Assembly (NCBI RefSeq): GCF_009914755.1
Contig: NC_060934.1
DNA: 64,000 nucleotides
Origin: the human T2T-CHM13v2.0 reference genome, Homo sapiens
Direction: 5' to 3' (one strand)
Positions 17,325-36,437 of the stretch are shown here, in pieces (position 1 is the first letter of the stretch; the number at the start of each line of letters is the position of its first letter). Below the pieces are notes generated by a model that saw only the letters and a program-made list of their open reading frames with translations, was not told the DNA's origin and made no database searches. A program made the position numbers and the translations under genes.

Positions 17325-20300
17325 CAGTGCTTCTCAAATTGGCTGGCGAAGAACCAGTTTTTAAAAGAATTTTAATCTGCAAACCAATCCATTGTACAAT
17401 AAAAATGAATTATTAATACTGGACACATTACATTAAAAAACAAAGATATACAAAATTGAACCAAATTTTATTATCATATTCAACAGACAAAATTGCATTT
17501 CAATAAATATAATCAGAATAAACATAACGGGAAAAATAATTGCAAAATCTGTACATGTTTATTGAATGTGTGTATTATATGATTAATATATAAATTGCTA
17601 TTGCATTTATAATTTTTGTTGTTCTGCAATTATAACTAAATGAAAAATTTTGAGTAAAATAGTGTTTCTCTACTTTGAATGAACACCATGCATATCAATA
17701 TTGAGCATTCTTAATGGACAAATACACAAGTTATGGCTTGCCAACCTATCTAACCCAGCCAGAATGGACTATAATGCTACTTGCAAAGTAGAATGTGTGA
17801 TGAGATTGCTTCTATTTTTGTTGTTGTTGTTGTAATTTAATAAAGAATAATTATTTTATTTATTTGTTTACTTATTTATTTATTTTAGAAATGGGATCTC
17901 ACTGTGTCACTGAGGCTGGAGTGCAGTGGCAAGATCATAGCTCACTGAAGCCTCCTGGGCTCAAGCGATCCTCCCGCCTCAGGACTGCCCCCCTCCGCCA
18001 CCCCCATCCCCTGCCTGTAGCTAGGAAGGACTGCAGGCACGTACCACAGCACCTGGCTTCTATATTTTGTTTTAATAAGAGGTTAGTGGAGAACCAGTCT
18101 CACAGAGCTTTGTTAACGGGAAAGGAAAAAGAGATTTTAAGACAATTTTAGGAAGCTCAGGATTTCCATCTTTCACTTTTATTCAAAATGAAGCAAATGA
18201 TTCTGTATTTTCAAAATTCGTCAATTATTCAATTGCCAGTTCCAACAGTTTATCCTGTAGAGTTAAATTGTCTTTCAATGAAAGCAACAGATTATGGATC
18301 TATGAATTTCCCATGCACGAATCTTCTTTTGATGGAAATAAAATGTAAATGTCCCATAACTTGTTTGACCATAACATTTTACAGATATGCAATATCAAGA
18401 TTATCACTAACATCACTGATAATTGTTGCTAAACTATGGGGCATGTTGTAACAGTCTCTGGATATTCTGTTCTTCCAAGCTTCTGTCATTTTTGCCCTTC
18501 AATCTTCTTTGCCATTGAAAATCATGCTGCATTTTTTCTCCCTGCTTAGAAGTAGTAAAAGCATTTAAAATGCCAAAAATATCACACAAAGAAGCATGCC
18601 TATTGTCCCAAACCACATTGGGACCTTATAAAGATGTTTGTTTTACTTTCTAGGAACACTAAGAGTTTGTTTCACAGTCAAACATTCCTAATAGTACTTT
18701 TCTCTTCAGTAAGCATCGTATCTCACCTACAACAGTTGTTTATGATCAGCTTCCATATGAACACATATTATAATAAAGAGAATAATCTCGAATTTCATGC
18801 ATTATCCTTTGCATAACTATTTTTTTGCTATGTAACTACACAACTAGACACTGTTTAATTCAGCTAACATTTTTTCATTGTAAAACTTTCCTGATTAAAA
18901 AAAGCAGTGCATTGATTTACATTCTTCAAACTTAGTATGCTTTTCTGTCAATGAAGCTGCACATTAAAGCATCTTCCTACAGCAGTCTTAAACCACATTC
19001 CTTGACAGTGTAATCCTTTATAGTTTTATACATTTAGGACTAGTTGTGCTTGTCATCAATGAAACTGAAAAAAATTCTTCCACTATGTTTGAATTGCATA
19101 TATACTACATTAATTGTCATTTTAGCAGTATGTGGGCATTCAATAACTTGCAATGAAAACGACTTTGCTAGCCGTGTATCTGTGAGTTAATCTGCCATGT
19201 CATTAGCTAGTTACTGAATTCGTCTAGTTATGAAAAACGACATTTGAGTTACTTTATTTGCCACAGTCACCCATAATTTCAAAGATCTTTGATACAGTCT
19301 TGTGCTAAAGTCTTCTTTTTTAAATTTTCGCATCCCCAAATGCTGCTTTATAAGATGCTCATACATTACTAATGTTTATATGTGAAATATTGAACATCTG
19401 TTCTTATGAGTTTTTTAAATTCAACATTCTTTCAAGGTATTCTTTAGGTTTTGAATTTACTTCTTTTGTTTTCTATGTAAATGCTACATAAGGTTGATGG
19501 TCTTATGAGCTTTATTAGCTAGCATATCTCTACAAATAACATACTATAGTTTTAGAATATTAGTGTCAATTATGGCTACAAAACTGAACTCAATATGTGA
19601 GGAATTATACTTCTGAGTAAAACTAGTACAAACTCTTTTCGTAGTAGTTTAATTTCCTTGGAATCACTTCCATAGTCATCATCTGTTTTACTATTGGTGC
19701 TGCTGTGCATTAGCAAAGGTGTGTCTTTTCTTGATGAAAACAAGTCTAGTGAAGTTTGTTTTGTCACCTCTAAATTACAGTTAAAAATTATTATGAAAGT
19801 CTGCTTCCTAATTTAGCTAATATTTTTGTTATTTATTTTTTCAATTTGAAAGCAATCACTGTTTATTAACTGATCAGATTACAGAAATAATTGTGGCACA
19901 CACCATAGTTCATCCTTCTAAGGAGCTTTTTGATCTGGTTGTCCCTGTTGCCAGCATCTCCACCTTCTACAAAATAGGTGGTCTTTTCCTTCATTCCTCC
20001 TCATGGAGAAGATAATTTGAAAGGCCTGAGGAAGTTATTTGCTTCTTTGAAGCATTTTCCAACAGCACAGACCTCATGAATCAGATCCTCTGCACAGATG
20101 ATTCCATATTTACCAAGAGATCAAGCCATCAAAGTGTTATCTGTCAAGACAATTTGCTTCATATTGATTTTGCTGTAACCACACTTGGAGACTAGTTCAT
20201 TTACTGAATTCAGGTTCGGAGACTCTCATGCAATATATGGTTCTACAATCCTCAGCATGTAAATTGAAGCACTGTTGAACTTAACAAAGTTTCTGATGAA

Positions 20301-21046
20301 GATCTGACAAGGCAAAGAAGCTGCCACACCTTTCGGACCCTTGGGCTGCCACCACTGAGACCTCTGATCCTAATGATCAATGCCAATTTGGGTTCTGCAG
20401 GTACACAGAAGTTGCCAGCTTTTCTTGCCATTCTAGCCATTCATATCTCAGTTCTATACATCTGTCTATATTCCTAGTGATAGTGTTTAGCTTCTTCATA
20501 GATAAGCTTCCTTCCTTCCTTTCGAAGCATCCTTTGGGCAAACTTTTTTCTCTGGCACTTGATCTTCAGCTCTGCAAAATGCCTTCACTTTTACTTAAAG
20601 GTTTCTGGCACAGCAGGAGCCTTCTTTTTCTTCTCTTCAACACTCTCCCTGGTTCCACCCAGAAAACTGAAGATTTTAAAATTATAAACTAAAAAAAATT
20701 AGTTTTTACAAAAACATTATATGTAATAAGTAAAAACAACAAAATATCAAAAGAAATAAATGCTTTTGTTTTCTCAGATTTTTACATGCCTTTGGCTTTC
20801 AGTTGACCGACTAACCTTAAAGTACCACACACTGTAGCATGGTCCTGCTGCCACACAGCTCATGGCCAGCACCTGAACTGGTCTATCCCTTGTTCAGTGA
20901 GACAGGTTCCCTAATGCACTTGAATGTAAAACTGCTATAAAGGTTTCTAAACGCCTGCTTTCAATTAGGTACTGCTCTCCTCATGAACTGGTAACAAACA
21001 GTTTGTGGACTACAGGGTTCTATGGAGCACAATTTGAATAGTGCTG
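17325..21046 (-). mobile_element. hAT-Charlie (Buster-type) DNA transposon fossil with decayed transposase, interrupted by an Alu fragment and the RPL7 retrocopy
   Basis: Imperfect TIRs CAGTGCTTCTCAAA (17325) and TTTGAATAGTGCTG (21033-21046). Minus strand 19096-19228 reads TRRIQ*LANDMAD*LTDTRLAKSFSLQVIECPHTAKMTINVVYM, and ~18870-18925 reads ECKSMHCFFNQESFTMKK; these resemble the Buster/Charlie FSLQLDE and HC..HRE motifs. Confidence 0.8.
19822..20666 (-). pseudogene. RPL7 (60S ribosomal protein L7) processed pseudogene
   Basis: Intronless. Minus-strand translation [27 protein letters not shown] matches RPL7. Start codon decayed to AGG (20648-20650), frameshifts present, 3' UTR with AATAAA and degenerate poly(A) at ~19822-19841. 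Confidence 0.95.
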
Positions 21047-22388
21047 ACAAGAAGACCTAAGTGGTGAGTAAGTGCTGGATCACCTTTCTCTTAGTCTAAT
21101 GCCCTCTTCATTTCCTATTTTAATTCAGTTTTTTCATCTATCAAATGGGCTTTTGTAAAGATTAAATGAGATTACTCATGTGAAGTGTTTAGCATAGAGC
21201 CTCGTACAGAGTAGATGCTATGACTATTATCACTAACTCACTAGTGTAAGGTAGGCTGATGACTTCCCAGACACGGATTCCCAGCCTTCACTATCTTCCT
21301 CAGGACCAAGCCTGGGGGAGAGGGACCAGTGCATCATCAGCATTCAATGAGCATAGACACCCCCCAGTGCTCTCCTTTCTCAATCCTTTCCCATTTGAGG
21401 AGCTTCCATCTGAGATCCTTATCTATGGGTCCGCATATCACACCACTCTGGGAATTGTGCACCCAGGAGCTATGCAGTGCAGTCTACACAGTCATACACA
21501 GCAGCACTGTCTTGATTAGCCAGAGTCAAGCCTTGGCACTGAAACACAGTCTTTCCTTCCAAATAGTAGAACCACCAGCTTTCTTCCCAGGGAAGTTATT
21601 ATGGTGACCGCAAAACCAGCTTAGATGATATAATCAGGACCCTCACTGTCTATCCTTTATCCCCTTAACAAAGCAGTTCAGAAGGAGCTGTAACCTTGGA
21701 CATTATCTGCAGATAGCAGAGATTTTATTTCATGACTTCCAACTCTTTAGCTCAATGCATTTCTATAGCTAATGTTCACCTGGATATCTGGCCCAGGGCT
21801 GATAAGTTCTGTGTGGCTTCCTTTTCTGGGATGTACAAATGCAGGGATGAAGGCAAATTCAGTGCCCTGGGCAACAAAAGGCAAGGTCAGGTAGGTATAA
21901 ATTTCAAAGCACTTAAACATGTCTTTCTTCCTTTTCTGCAGAACCATAATTACCACTTTGTCAAAAATGAAAAATAACCAACAAATGTATAAGTCACTAT
22001 GTAATTCCAAGGGACTGTATGATATACCTTAGACTAGCCAACAGTCTAACCTTTAAGGTGTGTGAAATCCAGGTGAGGAGACAAGACAAAAGTATGAGGA
22101 AGCATTCAAAAGCACTGGTAGTCTAAAGAACAGCAAAGGAAGGGCTACACACAAGCCCTCAGCACAACAGGCTGTGGATACTTTCATGCATGTTAACAGA
22201 CTCCCTGCCCAAGTGCTATGCCACCTACCTGATTTTCTGCCTCCATTCCTTCTCTGAGGCCAAGGAAATCGGCACAGCCAAGCAGAGGTGCAATGACCTC
22301 TGAGGGCAACCTCCAGTCATTGGGAGATGAGAATTGGTGGACGAGAGCCTCTGTGTCCCTGTGCTTTGGTGGGACAATTCTGAAGTAT

Positions 22389-22747
22389 TTATATGGTTTG
22401 GCTGTGTCCCCACCCAAATCTCATCTTGAATTGTAGCTCCCATAATTCCCATGTGTTATGGGAGGGACCTGGTGGGAGATAATTGGATCATGGGGGGTGG
22501 TTTCCCCCATACTGTTCTCACGGTAGTAAGTCTCACGAGATCTGATGATTTTACAAGGGGCTTCCCCTTTTGCTTGGCTGTCATTCTCTCTTGTCTGCCG
22601 CCATGTAAGACATGCCTTTTGCCTTCCACCATGATTGTAAGGACTCCCCAACCATGTGGAACTGTGAGTCCATTAAACTTCTTTTTCTTTGTAAATTACC
22701 CAGTCTTGGGTATATCTTTGTCAGCAGCGTGAAAATGGATGAATACA
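22389..22747 (+). mobile_element. THE1 (MaLR) solo LTR
   Basis: atatggtttggctgtgtccccacccaaatctcatcttgaattgtagctcccataattccc...gtgaaaatggatgaataca. Confidence 0.92.
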
Positions 22748-23014
22748 GGTATGCTATTGACATTTCCTCAGAAGTTTCCCAGTGGGCTTGATTCTCAGTG
22801 TTCATACTTCTAACTGGTTCAACAGAGCATAAGTTATTGGCTTTTCTCTCTTCGCTGTCTTACTCTTCCTACTCCATCACTTCTGTTCCCTGGGATCTCC
22901 TCCCATTTAAACCACCGGCACCCAAATCCTGACGTCAGGCTTCATTTGTGGAGGAAACTAAAATAAAGTCCATGGGCAGATGCTGAGTAACCTGCACATT
23001 TCAGATCCCTTTCG

Positions 23015-23362
<348 letters not shown>

Positions 23363-24079
23363 TAAACATCAAGAACTTTTATGGAGCCTGTCTTCAGCAA
23401 CTAGCTGTTGTGCTTTTGGTATTCATGCTTCATTCGTTCAACAGGCACTTTTTTAAACTCTAATAAAGCACAGAAGGACCAAACGCTACTGTGACATCTA
23501 TTACTCTTGTGAAAGGGTGTATATATATTTCTTATGATAGCATCTATTGAAAACAATGGTGTTTCTAGAGATAGAAATAAAAATGATTTTCAAATGTATG
23601 AAAAGGTGCTAAACCTCGCTCACAGGAATAAGAATGCAAATTAAAAGACATTAAAATGCCGTTTTCCACGTTTCAGATTGGCAAAGACCAAAAAGTTTGA
23701 TAACATTGTGTTGGTTAGGATGTGGGGAATCACTAATTTAATAAATGATTATTGATCACCTATCACAAGTCTGTGCTAGGCACTGAGTAACCAGCAGTTA
23801 ACAAAGTAAACCAAAATTCCTTCTCTCCAGGAGCACACATTCCAGTGGGGGGCTGGTAATGCAATCAGTGAAAATGGCTCCCTGTGTCACACAGTGAGTG
23901 CTCTGAAGAAAGACAAAGCAATATAAAATCTGCCAAGTGACCAAGGGGTGGTGTTACTTTAGATAGGGTGGTCAGAGGCGACCTTCCTTATATGGTGACA
24001 ATTGAGCAAAGGCCTGAATGAAGTCTTGGGAGTATTTCCCATAGAAGTATTTTCCAGGCAGTGTGAAGTAGTCAGATGA

Positions 24080-24810
<731 letters not shown>

Positions 24811-27062
24811 AAGGCTGTGAGGATTTGGTACAAGTATAAGAGCAATATATGGAGGATTACCAAGGTTTATTCAGGCAATTATTTTTCCAGTGATCAGCTT
24901 TTCATAATAGTTGCAATTTTCCTACTGTGATTAGCTCAGTGGAGACAGAATTATTGTAACCCTTTCCAAGGGTATAAGGGTTTGGTCTTTAGTTTTTAGG
25001 GAATGTTTAAGGTTACCAAGAAAGTTTCTCTCTAATTTTTCTTTTATTCTCAAGGTCCTTATTCAGAAAAGTAACGCAAAACCTGGAACTACAACAACAA
25101 CAACAAAAATTTGCATGGCCTTTCAATATAATTAATGACTCAGTATTCACGATTGCTTAAGGCCCAGATGGTTTACAATGCTGTAGAAAATGGAAGAAAA
25201 CTGATACGGTATGATGAATTTCTTTTGACCCTTAGAAAAAGATAACCTTAAAGGTTATAGTTTATCACGCTGTAGAATATTTACTAGTTTTGTGTGTTTT
25301 CAGCACTCTTTTTTTCCAATGCCTAAATTTGAGTTTCTTACATTCTCTTTTAAACCAGCTTTGTCATTTTAGTGATTCCCTCATTAATAAGTTAAATCAA
25401 ACTATGACACATGCTCATATGAGAATTGAGTTTTTTAAAATAAAAATTTGAAGATTATGGTGGCACAAAGTTAATTTTAAGTGGAGAAGCAAAATGAAGG
25501 TTATTGAGAGTTTCTTGGGCACTTCTTTTTAAAATTACTGGGTTTTTCCAATAATGACAATTTTCCTGGCATCATTCAGTGGAGGGCTGAGGACCTGTAT
25601 TTCCTGTGAGGTATGAGTCTGGTCTTTAGTTTTGGGGGCTTGTTACAAGCATCTGAAAAGGCTCCTTTGTAAGGTTTTTCTCTAAAGTCCCAAAAGAGGT
25701 CTTGCAATGTCGCCTAGGTATCTCTCTTCTGTGAGAGAAGCAATGAAAGAATTTGTCTCTTTTTTCTAAATCTCATCTTCTCACAAATGTTCTTCTTCCA
25801 TCTTCCAGGATGGGAGTGTCCTAGGTTTTCTCTTGGATGATTTGACAGTCCCAGGCATCACCAAGACAGAACTGTAATTTGGGAACATCTCTGGGGTGCC
25901 AGTTCTATCTCTTGGGTACCATGAGAATTGAATAGGAACTGGGCAATAGTGAGGTATCTTTCTTATTCATGAGACTGGGAAGTATCCATAGAAAGTCTGT
26001 CCAGCCTAAGAGTGAAAACGGATAGGGCACACATAAGAAAAAAAAAAAGAGAGGAAGAGAGCGAAAAATATTTTTAAGAGGTGGGGAGGAATAACAGAGA
26101 AATTAAACAAAGAGATAAAATCAGTCCATGATCCCTTCCTGAGATGATAAGAGAAACTGAACTGAAACTAACTTCAAGATGGAACTTTCCCATGGAATCT
26201 CATAGCAGTAGAGGGGAGATAAGGAGGGCAATGAGAAACTATGACATCAAGGTGCATCATGTGTGCACTTTACCCTTGCCCTGTACCTCACCTTTGCTGG
26301 CTTTGGAGTCTTTATTGCACCAGGTACTTTATTGCACCAACTACATTGTTGTTGTGTGAAAGAGTCTACAGCCTCAGAATTTTTTTGAAATATGGCCAGA
26401 AGTCTGGGCACAGGTAACAACTCTCTGCCCGGTGGCATCAGACTGAAATCAAGGTGTTAGCCAGGCTGCAGTTTCATCCAAGCCTCAGAACCTCTTCCAA
26501 CCTCCCTGGATTTGGCAGAACCCATTACTTGCAGTTGTAGAACTGTAGAACTTTTGGGATGCTAAAGTCCCAAAAGAGGTCTTGCAATGTCTCCTAGGTA
26601 TCTGTGAGAGAAGCGATGAAAGAGTTTGTCTCTCTTTTCTAAATCTTTCCTTGAAGCCACCTGTCATTCCCTGCCACATGGCCTTCTCCACAACATGGCA
26701 GGAGGCCGGCAGGAGAGCATCTCTGGCTTTGAATCTCTCTAACTTGACTTCATTTCTGATACCTTCTTGTAAAGGGATCACTTGATTAGGTCAGGCCCAC
26801 TGAAGATAATCTCCCTCTTCATTAACTCAAAGTCACTTGATTAGGGATCTGAATGACATCTGCAAAGTCTGTTCTCCTTTGCCACATATGAATAACATAA
26901 CCTAATCACAAGAGTGGTCCCCCATCATACAGTCACAGGTCCCAGCCACATTCAAAATGAGAAACGTATACAGGATGTGCACCACAAGGGGGCAGACGTC
27001 TTAGGGCCATCTTAGAATTTGGCTTGCCGCAGAAGATTCGGCAGAATGTTAAATAGATCTAA

Positions 27063-28841
<1,779 letters not shown>

Positions 28842-29939
28842 TTAGATAGGATTTTTAACACACACCACCGGCTCCTACTCACTTCAGTGCCTTCAGGTGA
28901 GTGGTTCTCCTCTGCTGAAATACCTTCATCCTTCCTCTTCGTGAACCCAAATCCACCTCAGTCTGCAGACACCTTCCAAGTCACTTTCCTACCTGACCCC
29001 ACTTCACCCCACCAGGACTGTGACTCAACCACGCTGACCAAGAGTCTACGATGGGGCCAGTCATTGTTTCTAGGGTCTTCTACCTTCCTCATCTCATTTC
29101 AACCCACAGAAAACATGTGAGGCAGATTTTTTTTCCCCCATTTTAGAGCTGATATAACCCAGGCTCAGGAAAGTTGAGAACTCCAGCTTCTTGACTCTCC
29201 AGGTTTTGTGCTCTTTTCTTTCCCCCATAACTCAAGGTGTTTTTTCCCTCATCAATGTCTTTTCCTTTATAAACATTCTAGTATTTCTGTGTACCATTCA
29301 GAAGAACTGCAAGAATTTTAGATCCAGGGTTAGGTGAGTCTCATGTAACAGTCTGTGGGAGGTTGGAAATGGAATAATTTCTACTTCAGTTATGCTGGAT
29401 ATTAAAATAAAGGTTGCCAAAAACATATTTCATTGCAAGCATCCAAGTTACTGGATGTCCAGAAATGAGAGGTATAGGGGCCAAGGCTCTGGCCCCCCTG
29501 GAGGTTGGAAAATCACTGACACGAGGCAGATTAATAAGAGAAAAGGCATACAAATTCATTTAACATGCACATGCTCAGGGAGAATCACAGAGTAACTGCC
29601 CATCCCCTAAAAGGTTTCAGAAGCTCCTCCAAAATTCTTAACTGAGTTTTGAGAAATGCATAAATCGTGGAATCCAAATCTCTATAAAGATACAGAACAT
29701 TATCATCAGCTCTCAGAAAATTCCCTATGTTCCTTCCTGGTTCTCTCCAACTCTCCCTGAAGCTATCACTTTTCTGATTTTTTTTAACCTATATGCCCTC
29801 ATTGTCAGACAGAGTTGATTTTTTTCCACCATAGATGCTTTTCACCTGTTCAAGAACTTCATATACATAGAATTACACAGTGTGTATTCATCAGGGGAAA
29901 GCTGTTTTCACTCAGTAGAATACATATAATTTTTCCTTT

Positions 29940-30429
<490 letters not shown>

Positions 30430-30899
30430 AAACCTCCCTTTTCCTAGTAACTTGTTTTTTGCATTTCATTGCTTTCTCCCAAAAATACTTATACTAGATT
30501 TAGGGATTTTGTATTAAATATCTTTTAAATTATAAAAGATAATTTAAACCAGAAAATGTATCAGCTTACGTTACTGTTAAATAATGTAGTTTTGTGTTTA
30601 ACTTTCTAGTGATACAGTTACTACTGAGTGAAAAATTGGGAATCTGGAACCTGGCATATTTGAATCTATGCCAGAATTTGGATTTCTGCATTAATCTAAA
30701 TAGCTGAAGCTTTGTGTAAAGACGATCTAAACCTGAGATTTCAATAGCACATTTGAAATTATGATGTATTTCAATTATATACAGCACTGTTATATTTTAT
30801 GAAATAGTTCAAGAATGACTTAGATAATCTACACATTATCATCTGTACATGGTCTAAGTATCGGTATGGTTCAAAGATTCACTGTTGAAATATTTTCCT

Positions 30900-31474
30900 A
30901 GGTTTTTCCAGCTTTATTAAGATATATTTCACATACAATAAAATTTACCCATTTAAAATATGGAGTTGTTATTTTCACTATATTCAAGAAGTCATGCAAC
31001 CATCATTACAATATAATTTTAGGATATTTTCAACACTCCCTTTCCTCCCCTAAAAAACAAACCTGTACTCCATTTTCAAACCTTCCCTTCCAATCCCCAG
31101 CCCCAGGCAGCCACTGAACTGTTTTCTGTCTCTGTGGATTTTCCTATTCTGGAAAGTGCCTAAATGTTTTCCAAAGTGGCTGCATCATCTTACAATCCCA
31201 CCAGCAACATACGAGGCTTTCAATTTCTCCATATCCCAGCCAACACTTGTTATTGTCTGCCTTTTTATTTTAGCCATCCTAGTGGGTATGAAGTGGTATC
31301 TGACTGTGGTTTTGATTGACATTCCTCTGATGACTAATGATGTCGAGCATCTTTTCACACGTTTATTGGCCATTTGTTTATCTTCTTTGGAGAAATGTGT
31401 ATTCAAATCTTTTGCCCATTTTTAAAGTGGGTTGTTTGTCTTTTATTGTTGTGAGAGTTCTTTATATATTTTGG

Positions 31475-31520
<46 letters not shown>

Positions 31521-31735
31521 GTAAATTGTCAGGTATATAATTTGCAAATATTTTCTCCCAGTCTATATCTTTTCACTTCTGTTAGTGAACAACAGTTTTG
31601 AGGAAGTACAATTAATCTTTGTGTGTGTTACTTTGCTTTGGCAATGCATTACAGAAACCACTGCCAACACAAGGTCACAACGATTTACTCCTATGTTTCC
31701 ATCTGGGGGTCTTGTAGTTTTAGCTCCTAGGTTTG
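30900..31735 (-). mobile_element. old L1 fragment, antisense
   Basis: Minus [48 protein letters not shown] is L1 ORF2. Confidence 0.85.
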
Positions 31736-32485
31736 CTAAATAAAATTTATAGAAAGTCATTGGTTTTCATGGAGCTCCTGCACTAGACCCAACAGACCAA
31801 ACCAAAATGGATTTACTCATATTGAAGTTCCACAACACCATGCCAAAACTAAGTTGTTTATCTGAACTTTCAAGAAATCAAGAGAGAGAGAAAATAGCCA
31901 AATTCCCAAATAGGCCTGTTTTAGCCAGCATGATGAGGAAGCTTCCTCTGCTTTAACCTTTACAAGGAGAGCAACTTTGAAACAGTTGTGTTTTGTTTTC
32001 TGTCTGCTTTCCTCAGCCCTTTTCTATCTAGAAAGCCATGATCTTCTGCTCAACTCACCAGAATGTGCATTCTTTTTCATAGAATGAGGTGTTGCTTGAT
32101 TCTAGAATCACAAGTAAAGCCAATTAAGATCTTTAAACTAAATTCATTATAATTTTGTCTTAGGACGTGTTTAAGTCTATAACCCATAGGGGTTTGTGGC
32201 TATGGTTCATAGACCATGTTGTTCTAGGAGTAAGATAAGTTGGCAGCCAGTGACGGTGTGTACATCTTCACTTACATACCAAATTAGATTAGGCTTGAGC
32301 GAGCACAAGCTGATGTCAGTCCCTGCAATGGAAAGTCTCAACCCCTCATCCAGTTTATGTACGGGAGGCAGATCTCACACCACAGCCCATCAACTGAAGG
32401 GGAAGCTGAGTCCCAAGGAAGGTGTATTTTCTCCTTGGGTATATTCAGTATCATTTCTTTCAATCTGACCCTAAAACTTAACAGA

Positions 32486-33000
<515 letters not shown>

Positions 33001-34137
33001 TGAACTCCCACATGTACGTACGTGATTAAAATCTGCTTTTTCTTTTGCTAGTGTGTCATCCAGGCTGGAGTGCAGTGGCACAGTCATGATTCACTGCAGC
33101 CTTGAACGCCTAGGTTCAAGCCGTCCTCCCACCTCAGCCTCCGGAGTAGCTGGGACTACAGGCGATCGCCGCCAAGCCTTAAGCTCCTGTCCTCTTATGT
33201 TCACGGATTCCCCCCACTCCACACCTCACCCATAAACATAAAAGGGCAGAGGAAAAGTTTCTTTCTCCTCAACGCTATTAGGACACATTCATGCTAGAGG
33301 TAATCAGTAAATATCTGTTCAATGAATGAATGAATAATGGGGGGTGAGGTGGTCCCAGAGTGTTTGGTCAGTTTTCTCCTGGCATTTTGATCTTTCAGTT
33401 TAGCTCTTTGCTGTCTTTTCCCAGGGATTTGCTGACTACAAGTTTGGCTATGAACTAATAACAAAAATAGCTAACACTATGTCTTGTGCCAGTTATTTTA
33501 AATAAATCATCCTAATTTACCTGCAAGGAAATTTCCATAGATATCATTAAAATCTTTACTTATAGATGAGGAAACAGGCTTCAGGAGGTTAATCTTCCCC
33601 AGGTCATACATCAGCAAGTGATAGAGCCAGGATGTGACCCGGCTCTCCCAAAGTCTGACCACTGACTGTTGGGGCAAATGTCTATCTGCATCTTTGCTGC
33701 CTGGAAAGGCAGAGAATATTCCCATTTTATCTACAGAAAGTCACATGGTAAAATGACATGTCCCAACTCATGGAATTTGTCAAATGGAGTCAGCATAAGA
33801 CCCTTGGGTTTCCAACCCAATGCAAAATAAGTACCCTTGCTCCTCACAGCATCAGTGAGAAAAATCTAAGACAGACCATACACATGATAGCACTTTGAAG
33901 CTGGGTGAGGAGCTACACAAATATACGGGATTATGATTGCTGTGTGTCTGTGCTTTGAGCATTAGAGACTCCCTTCTTAAAGAGACTTATGATTAGTGTC
34001 TCTTTTTCCCCTCCTCCCACTCCAGTGTGTCTAAGTGATCATGCTGAATCAATCTGAGGTGGGGTTGGGGGAGAGAAATAAAAACACTGAGGAGGTGATG
34101 CCATGTGTTGTTAATGGGATGTTTAGATGTAAAATGA

Positions 34138-34650
34138 TGTTACCAAGCAAAAAGGGCTCAGTGCTTGATGTGCTAGAAGCCAATACTATGATACCGGGTT
34201 TTTGAGAAAAGAAAAGCTTTTTATTGCAAGTTGACTAAAAAGACAGGAATCCAGCTCGAATCTGTCTCTCTGTGCTAGGTTTAAAGCAGTAATTTTATTA
34301 GAAAAAAATTCATGGGTGGATTCTGGGATTAGTAGGTGATTGGCGGAAGGAAAGCGGAGGTCTAGAAAGTGCTGAGGCATGCACAGTTACCTCTTCATGC
34401 CACCACATGGATCATATGTCAAACTCGGGGAGTTTGTATGAACCATGCACTGGAAATTCAGGCTGTGATGTTAGCAAACCATTCTGCACAAACTCCAGTT
34501 AGTCATGTTGATTGCAAGCAATTTCAGTCAGTTTTTTAATATTACAAGTGGAGGGAGTTTCAGCAAGTTGTTTCTTTTCTCATCTGCTATCCTGCAAACT
34601 CAAGAATTTGTTAGTCACAGACTTCTTTAACTCTTTGGGGCACTGTTTCA
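34138..34650 (-). mobile_element. ERV-type solo LTR (subfamily not determined)
   Basis: TG...CA termini (tgttacc...tgtttca), AATAAA on minus strand, ~510 bp. Confidence 0.5.
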
Positions 34651-35394
34651 AGGCTGCAGTTCTCCGTTGTTTAGCTATGAGCTAGTAGGCACTGTGCGGC
34701 TGGCATTCTGCTTTATGGTGGCAATTTCTTTCAGGAATGTCCCTTTGCTTCCAGATAGTTCATAGGTTTGAATAACTATTTATCCTGGCTAAAGGAGATC
34801 AATATGTTCGACTCCTACGTACTTACCAGAAGAGAATGATGCTCCTAAGGGGGATGAAAGGTGGGTGGAATGGGGACATAGGGAGCTTTTAAACACCAGT
34901 AGCTGGCATATGTAAGCCCTGCACGGTGGTAAGTACTTTGCTTCTGTGCATTTTTCACTCATAAATATATACTGAGTACTTTCTGTGAATTAGTTACTAA
35001 GTAACAGCAGGAACAAAATGAAGTCCCTTCTCTCTTGGATTTATATTCGTGCAGAGATAGACAATAAATACATAAATATAAATAAAAGCATTACATTCTC
35101 AAAATCACCTTTTGATTATTTTAGGTTTTTCGCTGATCTTTTTTTCTGCCTATATAAATTATATAAGCTAATTGTATAAGCTTCATTTAATATGGAAAAG
35201 CCTAAGGAAGAAAGTAAAACTCCCATCACTGTGAAAGCCATTCAAATGTTTTAGTCACCATCTTTTCATATTTTGCCTACATATGCATAAACAATTTTAG
35301 GTAGATAGGATTATCTTATACATCCTGTTTGTAATTCTAAATATGATGGAGTTTTATCATCTTCATTTTATAGACTAGGAAGTGGAGGCTTAGA

Positions 35395-36437
<1,043 letters not shown>

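Noticed and set aside
20252-20440. RPL7-like ORF as a coding retrogene
   Set aside because: Start codon lost, frameshifts and many substitutions; treated as a pseudogene. A clean TSD could not be identified.
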